Of a stretch of 64,000 bases of DNA, positions 40,422-50,533 are shown piece after piece; the first letter of the stretch is position 1; each line of letters opens with the position of its first letter. This stretch comes from Candidatus Parcubacteria bacterium (GTDB lineage Bacteria; Patescibacteriota; Minisyncoccia; JAHIHE01; JAGLIN01). The notes under the pieces are model-generated. The model ran no database searches, was not told the DNA's origin, and saw only the letters and a program-made list of their open reading frames with translations. The stretch lies in contig JAGLXN010000017.1 of NCBI GenBank assembly GCA_023132875.1, forward strand, positions 22,142 through 86,141. The letters run 5' to 3'. The position numbers and the translations under genes were made by a program.

Positions 40422-41075
40422 CTATACACTACGATTTTTTTCTTCAAATACTTCACCCTTATATATCCAGACTTTTATGCCGATTGCGCCATAAGTAGTA
40501 CGAGCAGTATATTTCGCAAAATCAATGTCAGCTCTTATAGTCTGTAATGGAATCTTCCCGTCGCTCAACCATTCGGTTCTAGCCATCTCAGCTCCATTTA
40601 ACCTTCCAGCAACTGTGATTTTTATTCCTTGCGCTTGCTTATTTTGCATAGTTCTTTCCATTGCTTGCTTTAATACTCTTCTGAATGGAATTCTTTTTTC
40701 AATTTGTTCCGCGACTGCCTGCGCGACTAATTTAGAACTTAATTCGGAATTTCGAATTTCAATTATATTTACTTTCACTTCTGTTTTTCCGTTTATTTTC
40801 TTGATTATTTCCGCTTTTAATTCTTCCGCGCCAGTACCGCCTCTGCCTATTACAATTCCGGGTCTTGCAGAATATACATTAACAACCACATTATTTGAGG
40901 ATCTTTCAATTATAATATCTTCTACTGCGGCTTTCTTTAATTTTTCCTCTAAAAAACTGCGCAATTCTATATCTTCACGCAAATACTCCCTGTAATTGCT
41001 GGAATTAAACCATCTTGATTTCCAGTCTTTTATTATACCTAATCTATGCAAAAATGGATTTATTTTTTTTCCCAT
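40422..41075 (-). CDS. rpsC: 30S ribosomal protein S3
   Basis: RPGIVIG KH domain, GRLNGAEMAR. Confidence 0.98.
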   Translation of the reverse strand: MGKKINPFLHRLGIIKDWKSRWFNSSNYREYLREDIELRSFLEEKLKKAAVEDIIIERSSNNVVVNVYSARPGIVIGRGGTGAEELKAEIIKKINGKTEVKVNIIEIRNSELSSKLVAQAVAEQIEKRIPFRRVLKQAMERTMQNKQAQGIKITVAGRLNGAEMARTEWLSDGKIPLQTIRADIDFAKYTARTTYGAIGIKVWIYKGEVFEEKNRSV

Positions 41076-41084
41076 ATTTATAAT

Positions 41085-41573
41085 CTAATCTTTATTTATA
41101 TTATTTTTTCTTGCTGAAGATGTTTTAACTTTTTGGCTTTTGTCAGTTTTTATTTTTTCTTTTTTTTCTTCTTTAATTTTCCCAGTATCTACGTCTTGAA
41201 TAGCTGAATTCTTTTTCTTTTCTTCTTTGACTGTCTTATCTTTAAACTTATCTAAAATTATAGTGATATGGCTTGTTCTTTTGTTTATGCTGGATGCTCT
41301 TCCCATTGCCCTAGGTATCCATCTTTTTAATGTTGTTCCTTCATTTACAAATATCTTTGAAATATATAAATTATTCTCACTTAAATTAAAATTATGCTTT
41401 GCATTTGCAATCGCTGAATTTAATAGTTTTAAAATCGGTTGTGATGATTTTTTATTTATGAATTCTAATTGAATTTTAGCACTATTAATATCCATGCCTC
41501 TTATAACATCAGCAATTAATCTTACTTTTCTTGGTGAAATTCTTAGATTCCTTAAATGTGCTTGAACTTCCAT
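41085..41573 (-). CDS. rplV: 50S ribosomal protein L22 (basic C-terminal extension)
   Basis: SPRKVRL, PRAMGRA, TSHITI. Confidence 0.97.
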   Translation of the reverse strand: MEVQAHLRNLRISPRKVRLIADVIRGMDINSAKIQLEFINKKSSQPILKLLNSAIANAKHNFNLSENNLYISKIFVNEGTTLKRWIPRAMGRASSINKRTSHITIILDKFKDKTVKEEKKKNSAIQDVDTGKIKEEKKEKIKTDKSQKVKTSSARKNNINKD

Positions 41574-41644
41574 ATATTAAAATTAAATATTTCTATATAA
41601 ATTTATAAAACATTATTATCTACAAAGTTAACTAATAACTCTAG

Positions 41645-41926
41645 CTACTTCTTTTCTAATTCTTTCTGCATTTTACCGCCGTGTTTGACAAATTTCTTCG
41701 TTGGAGAAAATTCACCGAGTTTGTGTCCAACCATATCTTCTGTCACAAAAACCTCTATGTGCTGTTTCCCATTATGAACTCCAAAAGTAAATCCCGCCAT
41801 CTCTGGAGAAATTACAGAGTTTCTTGCCCATGTCTTAATAACAGTCTTATCGCCTGTTTTTAAATTACTGATTTTTTTCATTAATTTCTCATCTATATAA
41901 GGGCCCTTTTTTAGTGATCTTGACAT
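41645..41926 (-). CDS. rpsS: 30S ribosomal protein S19
   Basis: [18 protein letters not shown]. Confidence 0.98.
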   Translation of the reverse strand: MSRSLKKGPYIDEKLMKKISNLKTGDKTVIKTWARNSVISPEMAGFTFGVHNGKQHIEVFVTEDMVGHKLGEFSPTKKFVKHGGKMQKELEKK

Positions 41927-41932
41927 ATCATT

Positions 41933-42053
41933 TTATTGTTATATTGTTCTATTGCTAAATTGTTATGCATGGCACATATTCACAATTATATTATTATATT
42001 ACAACTATTGAATTACTATGCATAACAATAGAACAATAGAGCAATACAACAAT
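41933..42053. repeat. inverted 8-mer arrays between rplB and rpsS
   Basis: attgttat attgttct attgctaa attgttat gc ... gcat aacaatag aacaatag agcaatac aacaat. Confidence 0.8.
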
Positions 42054-42884
42054 TTATTCTTCTTCTTTCCTTTTCTTAAAATTATTTATACGTTTATTTT
42101 TCTTTCTAGTCTTAAATCCAAGCGCGGGCTTTCCCCATGGAGTTTTTGGATGTTTGAGTCCAATAGGCTGTCTTCCTTCTCCTCCTCCATGAGGATGATC
42201 TACAGGGTTCATCGCGCTTCCCCTAACTTGAGGCCTTTTACCCATCCACCTTGATCTCCCAGCTTTTCCAATTACAATTTTATTATGGCTTATATTACTT
42301 ACCTGTCCAATAGTGGCAAAAGAATTTTCAGGAATTAATTTGACTTGCCCGGAAGACAAGCTTACATGAGCATAACCGCCTTCCATTGCTGTTAGTTTTG
42401 CATATGATCCAGCAGATCTTGCCAATTGACCACCTTTTCCTGGAAATAACTCGACATTGCTTATAATAGTCCCTGAGGGAATATTTTTAAGAGACATCCT
42501 ATTTCCAATTTTTATCGGAGCACTCTCAGAAGAAATTATTTTATCTTCTTTTTTCAATCCTTCTAAAGCAATAACATATCTTTTCTCTCCGTCAGCATAC
42601 GCAACTAAAGCAATAAATGCCGTCCTATTTGGATCATACTCAATAGCTTGAACTTTTGCCGGAATGTCAAATTTATTCATCTTGAAATCAATTATTCTAA
42701 ATCTTTTCTTTGCTCCGCCCCCTCTATGCCTAATTGTTATTTTTCCAGCACTTCCTCTGCCTACCTTTCTTGTTTTTTTCCCAAGCAAACTTTTTTCAGG
42801 ATCTTTTTTGTCTAATGTAGAAAAATCATAACTCATCATTCCTCTTCTACCCGGAGATGTTGGTTTGTATTTTTTTACTGCCAT
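42054..42884 (-). CDS. rplB: 50S ribosomal protein L2
   Basis: [19 protein letters not shown]. Confidence 0.98.
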   Translation of the reverse strand: MAVKKYKPTSPGRRGMMSYDFSTLDKKDPEKSLLGKKTRKVGRGSAGKITIRHRGGGAKKRFRIIDFKMNKFDIPAKVQAIEYDPNRTAFIALVAYADGEKRYVIALEGLKKEDKIISSESAPIKIGNRMSLKNIPSGTIISNVELFPGKGGQLARSAGSYAKLTAMEGGYAHVSLSSGQVKLIPENSFATIGQVSNISHNKIVIGKAGRSRWMGKRPQVRGSAMNPVDHPHGGGEGRQPIGLKHPKTPWGKPALGFKTRKKNKRINNFKKRKEEE

Positions 42885-42912
42885 ATTATTTAAAATTAAA
42901 TCAAAATTATAT

Positions 42913-43413
42913 TTATTTCGCTTCTTTCATTAGATCAATTGTATTCCCTTTGGCCAACTTAACCATTGCTTTTTTATATCCGCTTTTAACTCCTGGTTTT
43001 CCTTTAAATCTCTTAGGTTTAGATGGAACACTAATAACATTAACACTAATAACCGAAACTCCGTATAAACTTCCAATAACTTTTTTTATTTCCGACTTAT
43101 TAGCTTTGTCAGAAACAACAAAAACATACTGATTTTCATTAGAAAGATTGAAAGTTTTTTCAGAAATATGAGGCTTTTTTACTAAATCAAAATAATGATT
43201 TGGTATTTTATCTTTCGAAATCTTCTTGACTTTTATAATTTTTGCAGACGGTTTACTTTTTTTCTTATCTCCTATTTCTTTCTTGATCGTTTTTTCATCA
43301 ATCGCCTTTTTTTCTTTAGTATCTTTCTTTTCTTTAGTATCTTTCGAAATTACTGCGTCTTTCTTCTCGTCTTTATTATCTTTCTTTTTTATAATTTTAT
43401 TTAAAATACCCAT
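42913..43413 (-). CDS. rplW: 50S ribosomal protein L23 with long Lys-rich N-terminal extension
   Basis: [20 protein letters not shown] in the C-terminal ~95 aa. Confidence 0.93.
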   Translation of the reverse strand: MGILNKIIKKKDNKDEKKDAVISKDTKEKKDTKEKKAIDEKTIKKEIGDKKKSKPSAKIIKVKKISKDKIPNHYFDLVKKPHISEKTFNLSNENQYVFVVSDKANKSEIKKVIGSLYGVSVISVNVISVPSKPKRFKGKPGVKSGYKKAMVKLAKGNTIDLMKEAK

Positions 43414-43439
43414 AGTTTTAAGGTTATGCTATTTCAATT

Positions 43440-43525
43440 TTAGTTTGTTTAGTGTAGATATTAGTTTTTTTAGTGTCTTCTTCATAAAACACGAAGGAAA
43501 CTAATATTCACACTAATTAAACGAA
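43440..43525. repeat. ~85-bp inverted-repeat element, copy 2 of 3
   Basis: ttagtttgtttagtgtagatattagtt...aaacacgaaggaaactaatattcacactaa. Confidence 0.8.
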
Positions 43526-43531
43526 GCGCTT

Positions 43532-44164
43532 CTAAATTTTCTTATAAGTTTCTTCTATCTTCTTAATCCCCTCTTTATTGATAACCAAAAATTTATTTTT
43601 TAATAAGTCTGCTACATTCAAAGAATCACTGGCAATCATTGAAATATTAGGAATGTTTTTTACTGATTTAAATATACAATTATCCTTTTTATTTAAAGAT
43701 AGTAAAACCTTTCCATTTATCGGTAATTTTCCAAAAGCGCTACTCATTGATTTTGTTGAAACTTTATTCAATTTTGGATCATCTAAAATTATCAGCTCCT
43801 TATCTCTTACCTTTGAAGACAAAACCATGTAAAGAGCTTTTGTCTTCATTTTCTTGTTTATTTTCTTGCTATAATTTCTTTCTATAGTAGGACCAAAAGT
43901 AACTCCCCCGCCTTTCCAAATTGGAGACCTGGTTGAACCATGTCTTGCTCTTCCTGTTCCCTTTTGTTTCCATGGTTTTTTCCCTCCACCTCTAACTTCT
44001 CCCCTGTCTTTTGTGTCAGCTAAAACTTTTCTTGAATTTGAAATATGCGCTACATACGCCTGATGAATCAAGTCGTCTTTTACTTTCATTCCAAAAATTT
44101 CTTCCGGAAGCTCTACTTCTCCAGTTTCTTTTCCTTCTAGATTGTAAACCTTAATTTTTAGCAT
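43532..44164 (-). CDS. rplD: 50S ribosomal protein L4
   Basis: GGGKKPWKQKGTGRARHGS. Confidence 0.98.
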   Translation of the reverse strand: MLKIKVYNLEGKETGEVELPEEIFGMKVKDDLIHQAYVAHISNSRKVLADTKDRGEVRGGGKKPWKQKGTGRARHGSTRSPIWKGGGVTFGPTIERNYSKKINKKMKTKALYMVLSSKVRDKELIILDDPKLNKVSTKSMSSAFGKLPINGKVLLSLNKKDNCIFKSVKNIPNISMIASDSLNVADLLKNKFLVINKEGIKKIEETYKKI

Positions 44165-44187
44165 AATATTTATAAACTTACCTTTTT

Positions 44188-44805
44188 TTATCTAGTAACT
44201 ACTTTCATCAATCCGCCTATATTTCCTGGAACTGAACCTTTAATTAACAACAAATTTTTATCTTTGTCAATACTAACGATTTTAAGTCCAAGCTGAGTAA
44301 CCTGTTCTCCTCCCATTCTTCCGGCCATCTTTTTTCCTTTTATTACATGTTCAGGAAACGCGCTTCCGATAGATCCTCCTTTTCTATTACTGTGTTTTTG
44401 TCCATGTGATGCCGGTCCTCCTTTAAAACCATGTCTTTTCATAACGCCTTGAAATCCTTTTGCTTTTGAAACTCCAATCACTTTTACTTTATCTCCCGCT
44501 TCAAATATTGAAATATCTACCTTGTCTCCCAATTTATACTCCTTATCAGAATTCTCTGTTCTAAATTCTTTAATATATCTGAATTTACCTAAATCTTTCA
44601 AGTGTCCCATAAGAGGTTTATTAATCTTTTTCTTTTCCAAAAAACCAATCTGAACTCCTTCGTAACCGTCTTTTTCTTTCGTTATAATTTTTGTCACAAC
44701 ACAAGGACCTGCCTGCACTAAAGTAACAGGAATAACTTCCCTCTTCTTTTCATTGTCCATAAACACCTGGCTTATTCCTATTTTTTTTCCTAAAATAAAT
44801 TTCAT
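44188..44805 (-). CDS. rplC: 50S ribosomal protein L3
   Basis: [21 protein letters not shown]. Confidence 0.98.
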   Translation of the reverse strand: MKFILGKKIGISQVFMDNEKKREVIPVTLVQAGPCVVTKIITKEKDGYEGVQIGFLEKKKINKPLMGHLKDLGKFRYIKEFRTENSDKEYKLGDKVDISIFEAGDKVKVIGVSKAKGFQGVMKRHGFKGGPASHGQKHSNRKGGSIGSAFPEHVIKGKKMAGRMGGEQVTQLGLKIVSIDKDKNLLLIKGSVPGNIGGLMKVVTR

Positions 44806-44832
44806 AGTTTTTTAAATCGCAATTTTTTAACT

Positions 44833-44919
44833 TTAGTTTTTTTAGTGTAAATATTAGCTTCTTCTGTGTTTTCTATAGAAGACACTAACAAAACTGATAT
44901 TTACACTAAAGCAAACCAA
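44833..44919. repeat. ~85-bp inverted-repeat element, copy 3 of 3
   Basis: ttagtttttttagtgtaaatattagc...gacactaacaaaactgatatttacactaaag. Confidence 0.8.
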
Positions 44920-44948
44920 TCCAGATAGCAAAGTTTAATATAAACAAC

Positions 44949-45105
44949 AAAAAAATCAGATAATTAAACCAATCTTAACCGTTATTATCCGATTTATAAA
45001 TTGGCTAATTCAGTATGCTTAAGACTATTATTTAACCGGAAATTTCTGACAAAGTCCAGCAATAAGCACTTAAACTAGCATATAAACAAATTGTTATATT
45101 GTCAA
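44949..45105 (-). promoter_or_regulatory. internal promoter and terminator-containing leader upstream of rplC
   Basis: TTGACA-N17-TATGCT (45105-45077), then hairpin ATCGGATAAT..ATTATCTGAT + T-run. Confidence 0.55.
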
Positions 45106-45178
45106 GTTATTATGCATAGCATAATAACACGCAATGTTACCTGACAATATAACAATTTAGCAATTTGACAATTTAATA

Positions 45179-45514
45179 TTACATCTTAATTTCTATAGAA
45201 ACTCCTGCTGGCAAATTCAAATTTGTCAGAGAGTCAATTATTTTAGGATTAAGATCAAAAATATCAACAAGTCTCTTGTGAACCCTCATTTCATACTGAT
45301 CTCTGGCATCTTTGTGAACAAATGTTGAACTATTTAACGTGAACTTGCTAATTTCAGTAGGTAAAGGAACCGGACCCCTAACAGAAGCCCCGCTTCTTAA
45401 GGCAGTTTCAACTATTTGCTTTGCTGACTGATCAATAACCTTATGATCATACGCTTTAATTTTTACTCGAATCTTCGGCTTTGATTCGCTTTCTTCATTA
45501 GTTTTTTCTGCCAT
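45179..45514 (-). CDS. rpsJ: 30S ribosomal protein S10
   Basis: KAYDH, GPVPLPT, HKRLVDI. Confidence 0.98.
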   Translation of the reverse strand: MAEKTNEESESKPKIRVKIKAYDHKVIDQSAKQIVETALRSGASVRGPVPLPTEISKFTLNSSTFVHKDARDQYEMRVHKRLVDIFDLNPKIIDSLTNLNLPAGVSIEIKM

Positions 45515-45605
45515 TTCGGTTTAAATTGAACTTAATTATTATTTATCCTATTAATTGCTTATTATTAAAACATCTATAAAATAAAATAAGAAGATAAAAA
45601 TCTTC

Positions 45606-46805
45606 TTATTTTATAATTTTAGTCACAACTCCTGCTCCAACAGTTCTTCCGCCTTCTCTGATCGCGAATCTCATCCCATCTTCCATGGCCACATTTGAAA
45701 TTAATTTAATAGTCAATTTTACAGTATCGCCTGGCATAACCATTTCTGTTCCTTCAGGTAAAACCACATCTCCTGTCACATCAGTTGTTCTTATGTAAAA
45801 TTGCGGTTTATATCCTGAGAAAAATGGAGTATGTCTTCCACCTTCTTCTTTTGTTAGAATATATACTTCGCTTTCAAACTCTGAATGAGGAGTAATTGAT
45901 CCGGTAGCAGCCAAAACCTGTCCCCTTTCAACCTCTTCTTTTTTAATGCCTCTAAGCAGAACGCCCGCATTGTCTCCAGCCTGACCTTTGTCCAGCTGTT
46001 TATTGAACATTTCAACTCCCGTCACAACTACCTTTTTTGTATCTTTAATTCCAACGAGTTCTACTTCTTCATTTACATTAACAACTCCTCTTTCAATCCT
46101 TCCGGTAACAACGGTTCCTCTTCCTTCAATTGAAAATATATCTTCAATAGGCATCAAAAACGGCTTTTCAATATCTCGTTTCGGTTCTGGAATCTTTTCA
46201 TCAAGAGCTTTAACAATTTCTAGAATAGGATTACATTTTTCGCATTCTGCTTTTCCACAAGAACATTCAAGGGCCTGAAGAGCGGATCCTCGGACAATAG
46301 CAGTATTTTCTCCGTCAAATTCATATTTTGTTAATAATTCTCTAATTTCTTCCTCAACAAGATCAATTAGTTCCGCGTCATCAACTTGATCAACTTTATT
46401 TATAAAAACAACAATTTCAGGAACGCCAACTTGTCTGGCAAGCAAAATATGCTCTCTTGTTTGAGGCATAGGACCATCAGTCGCGGCAACAACAAGAATA
46501 GCGCCGTCCATCTGAGCAGCGCCAGTAATCATGTTCTTGATATAATCAGCATGTCCCGGACAGTCCACATGAGCATAATGCCTTGTATCTGACTCATATT
46601 CCTGATGAGAAGTAGCAATCGTAATGCCTCTTTCTTTTTCTTCAGGTGCGCTATCAATTTCGCCAACACCTTTTTTTGAAGCGTTCTTACCAGACGCGGC
46701 CAAGCAAGCAAGCATAGCTGCTGTTAGAGTCGTTTTGCCATGATCAACATGACCAATTGTTCCTACATTAATATGTGGTTTTGATCTATCAAATACTTCT
46801 GCCAT
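45606..46805 (-). CDS. tuf: elongation factor Tu
   Basis: [28 protein letters not shown]. Confidence 0.99.
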   Translation of the reverse strand: MAEVFDRSKPHINVGTIGHVDHGKTTLTAAMLACLAASGKNASKKGVGEIDSAPEEKERGITIATSHQEYESDTRHYAHVDCPGHADYIKNMITGAAQMDGAILVVAATDGPMPQTREHILLARQVGVPEIVVFINKVDQVDDAELIDLVEEEIRELLTKYEFDGENTAIVRGSALQALECSCGKAECEKCNPILEIVKALDEKIPEPKRDIEKPFLMPIEDIFSIEGRGTVVTGRIERGVVNVNEEVELVGIKDTKKVVVTGVEMFNKQLDKGQAGDNAGVLLRGIKKEEVERGQVLAATGSITPHSEFESEVYILTKEEGGRHTPFFSGYKPQFYIRTTDVTGDVVLPEGTEMVMPGDTVKLTIKLISNVAMEDGMRFAIREGGRTVGAGVVTKIIK

Positions 46806-46956
46806 TTTATAAGTCTCCTTTTAAAAACTAAGATTAGAAAGCTTATTACTCTTGAAACTTAGTTTATAAGATTAATTTTTAAAAATTAGATACTTTAAGT
46901 TAAATTTTAAACAACATATACATATTAGCACATACAAAAAATTTGGCAAGTGCTTA

Positions 46957-47112
46957 GGGCTTAAGTAAAAATAACTCATTCACTTCACATTCAAATTCAC
47001 ACCATCTAAACTTTTAAAAATTTTCAAAATAGCTTGCTATTCTTCAATTTTTTAAAAGCTTATCTATCGCAAATTTAAACGCGAATTAAACAACTTATTT
47101 TTACTTAAGTCC
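46957..47112. mobile_element. MITE, 18-bp TIRs, TTA target duplication
   Basis: TTA-GGGCTTAAGTAAAAATAA ... TTATTTTTACTTAAGTCC-TTA (17/18 match). Confidence 0.75.
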
Positions 47113-47164
47113 TTAGATTTATTATCTAAATTATAATACACATTATTAATACTTTTGTCAAATA

Positions 47165-47482
47165 TTATAGCTTCTCAACCACAATTTCATTATTTATTCC
47201 CTTTTTACTATTTTTTTCTTTAAAATCATCAAAATCATTTTTAATCTCAAACTGTTTTAACTTTCTTTCATTTTGTCTAGTTTTCCAAATTTCAACATCT
47301 TTATTTACCTTCTCTTCTACCTTTTTTCCGGGATTAGCAACGGCATGGTCAATCTTATCAAAATTAATATATTCATCAATATCTATAATCACAAAAACCG
47401 GCTCTCCGTCTTCAACTATAATAGCCTTTCCTCCAATGATCTTTATAAGCTTTTTTATTTTATCAAAACTGTTTTCAGTCAT
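47165..47482 (-). CDS. hypothetical protein (Phd/YefM-like N-terminal pattern)
   Basis: GKAIIVEDGEPVFVIIDIDEY. Confidence 0.65.
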   Translation of the reverse strand: MTENSFDKIKKLIKIIGGKAIIVEDGEPVFVIIDIDEYINFDKIDHAVANPGKKVEEKVNKDVEIWKTRQNERKLKQFEIKNDFDDFKEKNSKKGINNEIVVEKL

Positions 47483-47552
47483 ATTATAATTTCTAAAATA
47501 ATTTTAATTGCTTAAGCACTTATACAGACTAGCACAAATATTTTTTCTGTCA

Positions 47553-47657
47553 ACCCCGCTTCTAAATTTTACAAAATAGTATAACGAGAGTAAACTATCT
47601 CAAGTAATTAAGATAATTGGTATTAATCAAACGGTTATGTAAAATTTAGAACGGGGT
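47553..47657. mobile_element. MITE-like element with ~20-bp TIRs
   Basis: ACCCCGCTTCTAAATTTTACA ... TGTAAAATTTAGAACGGGGT; flanks tca/taa. Confidence 0.65.
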
Positions 47658-47837
47658 TAAGTGTTTTTATCAGAATTTTATTAGACCAAGACAGACTCTT
47701 AAAAAAAGAGAAAATTATATAGCTTCGCTTTTATAAAAAATCTGTTTAACAGCTAAATTGCGTATGCGCAAAAGGCTTAACTCAGAAGAATGGAACCAAT
47801 ATTATAGTATATAAAACCTATTCAATACCACAAAAAA

Positions 47838-49811
47838 CTATCTAACATTTTCCCCTTTTAAATATAAGCCCAATTCATAGTCCGTAACAATTATTATATC
47901 TTCCCATTTATAGCCGTTGGAGATAAATACATCGGCGCTTGTTATCCATCTTTTATTTCCGTTTTCTATTAAATATACTTTGGGATCGGAGCCTTTTAAA
48001 AGTTTTTTGTCAAAATTGAAATCAGAACTTGTAACATCTTTTCCGTTTGAATACGAATTCAATTCATAATCCGTAACAATTATTATGTCTTCCCATTTAT
48101 AGCCATTTGAAATAAACACGGCAGGGCTTGTTATCCATCTTTTATTTTCGTTTTCTATTAAATACACTTCAGGACTTGATCCTTTTATTAAACTCCCGTC
48201 TGGCTTTAAATCAAAACTTGCTTTTATATTTTCTCCGTTGGGATATAATTCAAGCTCTAAATCTGTAACAATTACTATATCTTCCCATTTATAGCCATTT
48301 GAAATAAACACGGCAGGGCTTGTTATCCATCTTTTATTTTCGTTTTCTATTAAATAGACCCTGCTATCTTTCAGCGATTTTAGAAGAGAATCATTTTTAT
48401 ATTTATTGCTTTTAGCAATTTCTGCAGAAATAGAAAAAGAATATTTATTAATATTATTTCCAAAACCGGAAGTTTTTTTATGGCTTATTGGAATTATTGT
48501 AACAGAAGAGATATTTCTGTCCGAGCAGGAAACATAAAAATCAGAATTTTGCTTATCGTCCAAATTCAATTCGCCGATTTTTTTTGTTCCGTCCTCATAA
48601 GATATAACATAAGAAACAGAAAATTGCCCTATATCTTGTCCGTCAAAATTAATTTTAATTTTATTTTCATTTGCGCAATTTTTTTCCGCTATATCAAGTT
48701 CATAATATCCATTACTCCAATCTTTAATAGAATCATTTATATTTATTGTAACGACGGAGTTTAATTCATAAACATCTTTTGGCTGGATGTGAAAATTTTC
48801 ATAATTAAGATTTTTATTTTGATAGCTATATTTGCTATCCAATGATGTTCCGTTTATATAATTAGTTATAACCCAGTCTTTAAATACAGATTGAAAGGTG
48901 TCATTTTTATAATATAAATCTGATAACGCCTTATTAATGCTTTGAATTCCAACTTTATTATTATCTACCATTCTTTTAAATATTTCTTTCCCGAAACGAT
49001 CGGCTAAGTACTGGGAAAATAAGTTAACGGAAGAATAATCGTATATTTTATTCTGCCACTCCGTAAGCGAATCAACCGGATCAATTTCAAAATTTTTAAC
49101 TCTTGCCCTTAAATTGCTGCCCATATAATCATCGTCATAGCCTATCGCCGTAGAAGCATATTCCGACCTTGCTTCATTCAGCCATATATCGTCTGTAATA
49201 TTTCTTAATTTAGTTTTATGATACCAAGTGATCATATGCTGAAATTCATGCGCGAGAAAACTTTTTATTCTATTATCGCCTATAAAAGATATATTCAAAT
49301 AAACCATCTCTCTTTCGTTGCTTCTTTCGCCGGCTACTTCATCTTTTCTGTATTCATCGCTTGGATTGAAATATCCCCCGATATTTTCTTTTGTCTTTGT
49401 AAAAAGAATTGTAATTTTGCTGTCATTGTCAATCCCTGGATTCCATTCATATCCAAATGCTTCTCTTGTTTTTGGGTACACCGTATTGTCAAAATCTAAA
49501 ACTAAAGAATTTAAATGCGAATTAAATTCTAATTTGGAATTTCTTGATAAATTATTATAATAATCGTCTTCAACATAAAAATATGCGTTTACTCCGATTT
49601 TTTTTAAAGTCGCCGTTATTTCCAAACGCTCGCTGGAATCATAAGAAAGATCAACTAAAAATACTTTATTTTCTTCAAGCTCATTCGCTTTTGCGCTTGG
49701 AATTGCAGTTAATGAAATAATAAATAATAAAACAATACAAAAAAACAGCTTTAATCCTAAAACCGCCAACTCACCCCTCCTGTTAATATTTCTATTTTTT
49801 ATAAATCTCAT
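47838..49811 (-). CDS. secreted zinc metallopeptidase (M30/M6-like) with three C-terminal surface repeats
   Basis: Signal peptide, GYF, AHEFQHMI..WLNE, 3x VYLIEN.NKRWITS..VFISNGYKWEDI. Confidence 0.8.
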   Translation of the reverse strand: MRFIKNRNINRRGELAVLGLKLFFCIVLLFIISLTAIPSAKANELEENKVFLVDLSYDSSERLEITATLKKIGVNAYFYVEDDYYNNLSRNSKLEFNSHLNSLVLDFDNTVYPKTREAFGYEWNPGIDNDSKITILFTKTKENIGGYFNPSDEYRKDEVAGERSNEREMVYLNISFIGDNRIKSFLAHEFQHMITWYHKTKLRNITDDIWLNEARSEYASTAIGYDDDYMGSNLRARVKNFEIDPVDSLTEWQNKIYDYSSVNLFSQYLADRFGKEIFKRMVDNNKVGIQSINKALSDLYYKNDTFQSVFKDWVITNYINGTSLDSKYSYQNKNLNYENFHIQPKDVYELNSVVTININDSIKDWSNGYYELDIAEKNCANENKIKINFDGQDIGQFSVSYVISYEDGTKKIGELNLDDKQNSDFYVSCSDRNISSVTIIPISHKKTSGFGNNINKYSFSISAEIAKSNKYKNDSLLKSLKDSRVYLIENENKRWITSPAVFISNGYKWEDIVIVTDLELELYPNGENIKASFDLKPDGSLIKGSSPEVYLIENENKRWITSPAVFISNGYKWEDIIIVTDYELNSYSNGKDVTSSDFNFDKKLLKGSDPKVYLIENGNKRWITSADVFISNGYKWEDIIIVTDYELGLYLKGENVR

Positions 49812-50037
49812 CTATTTTTTATTTTTTGAGACATTTAGAAGTATAGTGTCTTTCAATGCGACCGCATGGAAAAATGCTATATCTAATTTTTATTCATTTT
49901 CATTTCTAACAATCTTGATAAAGAAGGATATTTATAAATAACTTTTGTTTTTAAGTAAACTTTTTTCGTATCTTCAAATGTAAACTTTTGCGGTTTCATA
50001 ATTCATTATTCATTATTCTAAATTCAAGATTCAATCA

Positions 50038-50113
50038 TGGAGCGGGTAACGGGAATCGAACCCGTGTCTTCAGCTTGGAAGGCTGACATAATAAGCCACT
50101 ATACGATACCCGC
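50038..50113 (-). tRNA. tRNA-Gly(TCC)
   Basis: GCGGGTA/TACCCGC acceptor, TCAGC-CT-TCC-AA-GCTGA, GGTTCGATTCC, encoded CCA. Confidence 0.96.
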
Positions 50114-50193
50114 GGACACCTGTCTATTATAACAAATATATAGAAATTATCAATACGCCCAAAACAATTAAATGTAGATATCGATTCTATGGA

Positions 50194-50507
50194 CAATTTT
50201 CAATTTTCAATTTCTAATTTTTATTGAATTTCTAATTTCTTAATGATTAAATCCAAAACTCAAAGCACCAAATTCCAAATAAATTCAAACATCAAAATTC
50301 TAAACTATTAAGACTTGCGCGTTTCACAATTCGGAGCGTCCTAACTATTTTAAACTTTGTTTTGAATTTGTTATTTTGGTCATTGTAATTTATTTGTTAT
50401 TTGTGATTTTGAATTTATGATTTATCCAGTTGTTTAAAAATTTAGTCATTGGAAATTGATTGTCAACCCAAGGCTGATCCGCCTCGGGCGGAAAAATTAA
50501 AAATTTT
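50194..50507. repeat. nested inverted heptamer arrays containing a 30-nt GC hairpin module (50463-50492)
   Basis: Outer caatttt.../..gaaattg arms, inner ttccaaa/tttgtga arms, module tcaacccaaggctgatccgcctcgggcgga. Confidence 0.8.
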
Positions 50508-50533
50508 ATAATGAGCTAACACTTACTTTTTGT

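Noticed and set aside
47872..48360. Peptidase repeats as a DGR template/variable repeat pair
   Set aside because: Differences are not adenine-specific, all copies are in-frame domains, and no reverse transcriptase is in the window.
13525..50507. Short repeat arrays as CRISPR
   Set aside because: Units are 7-9 nt in tandem without unique spacers, and there are no cas genes.
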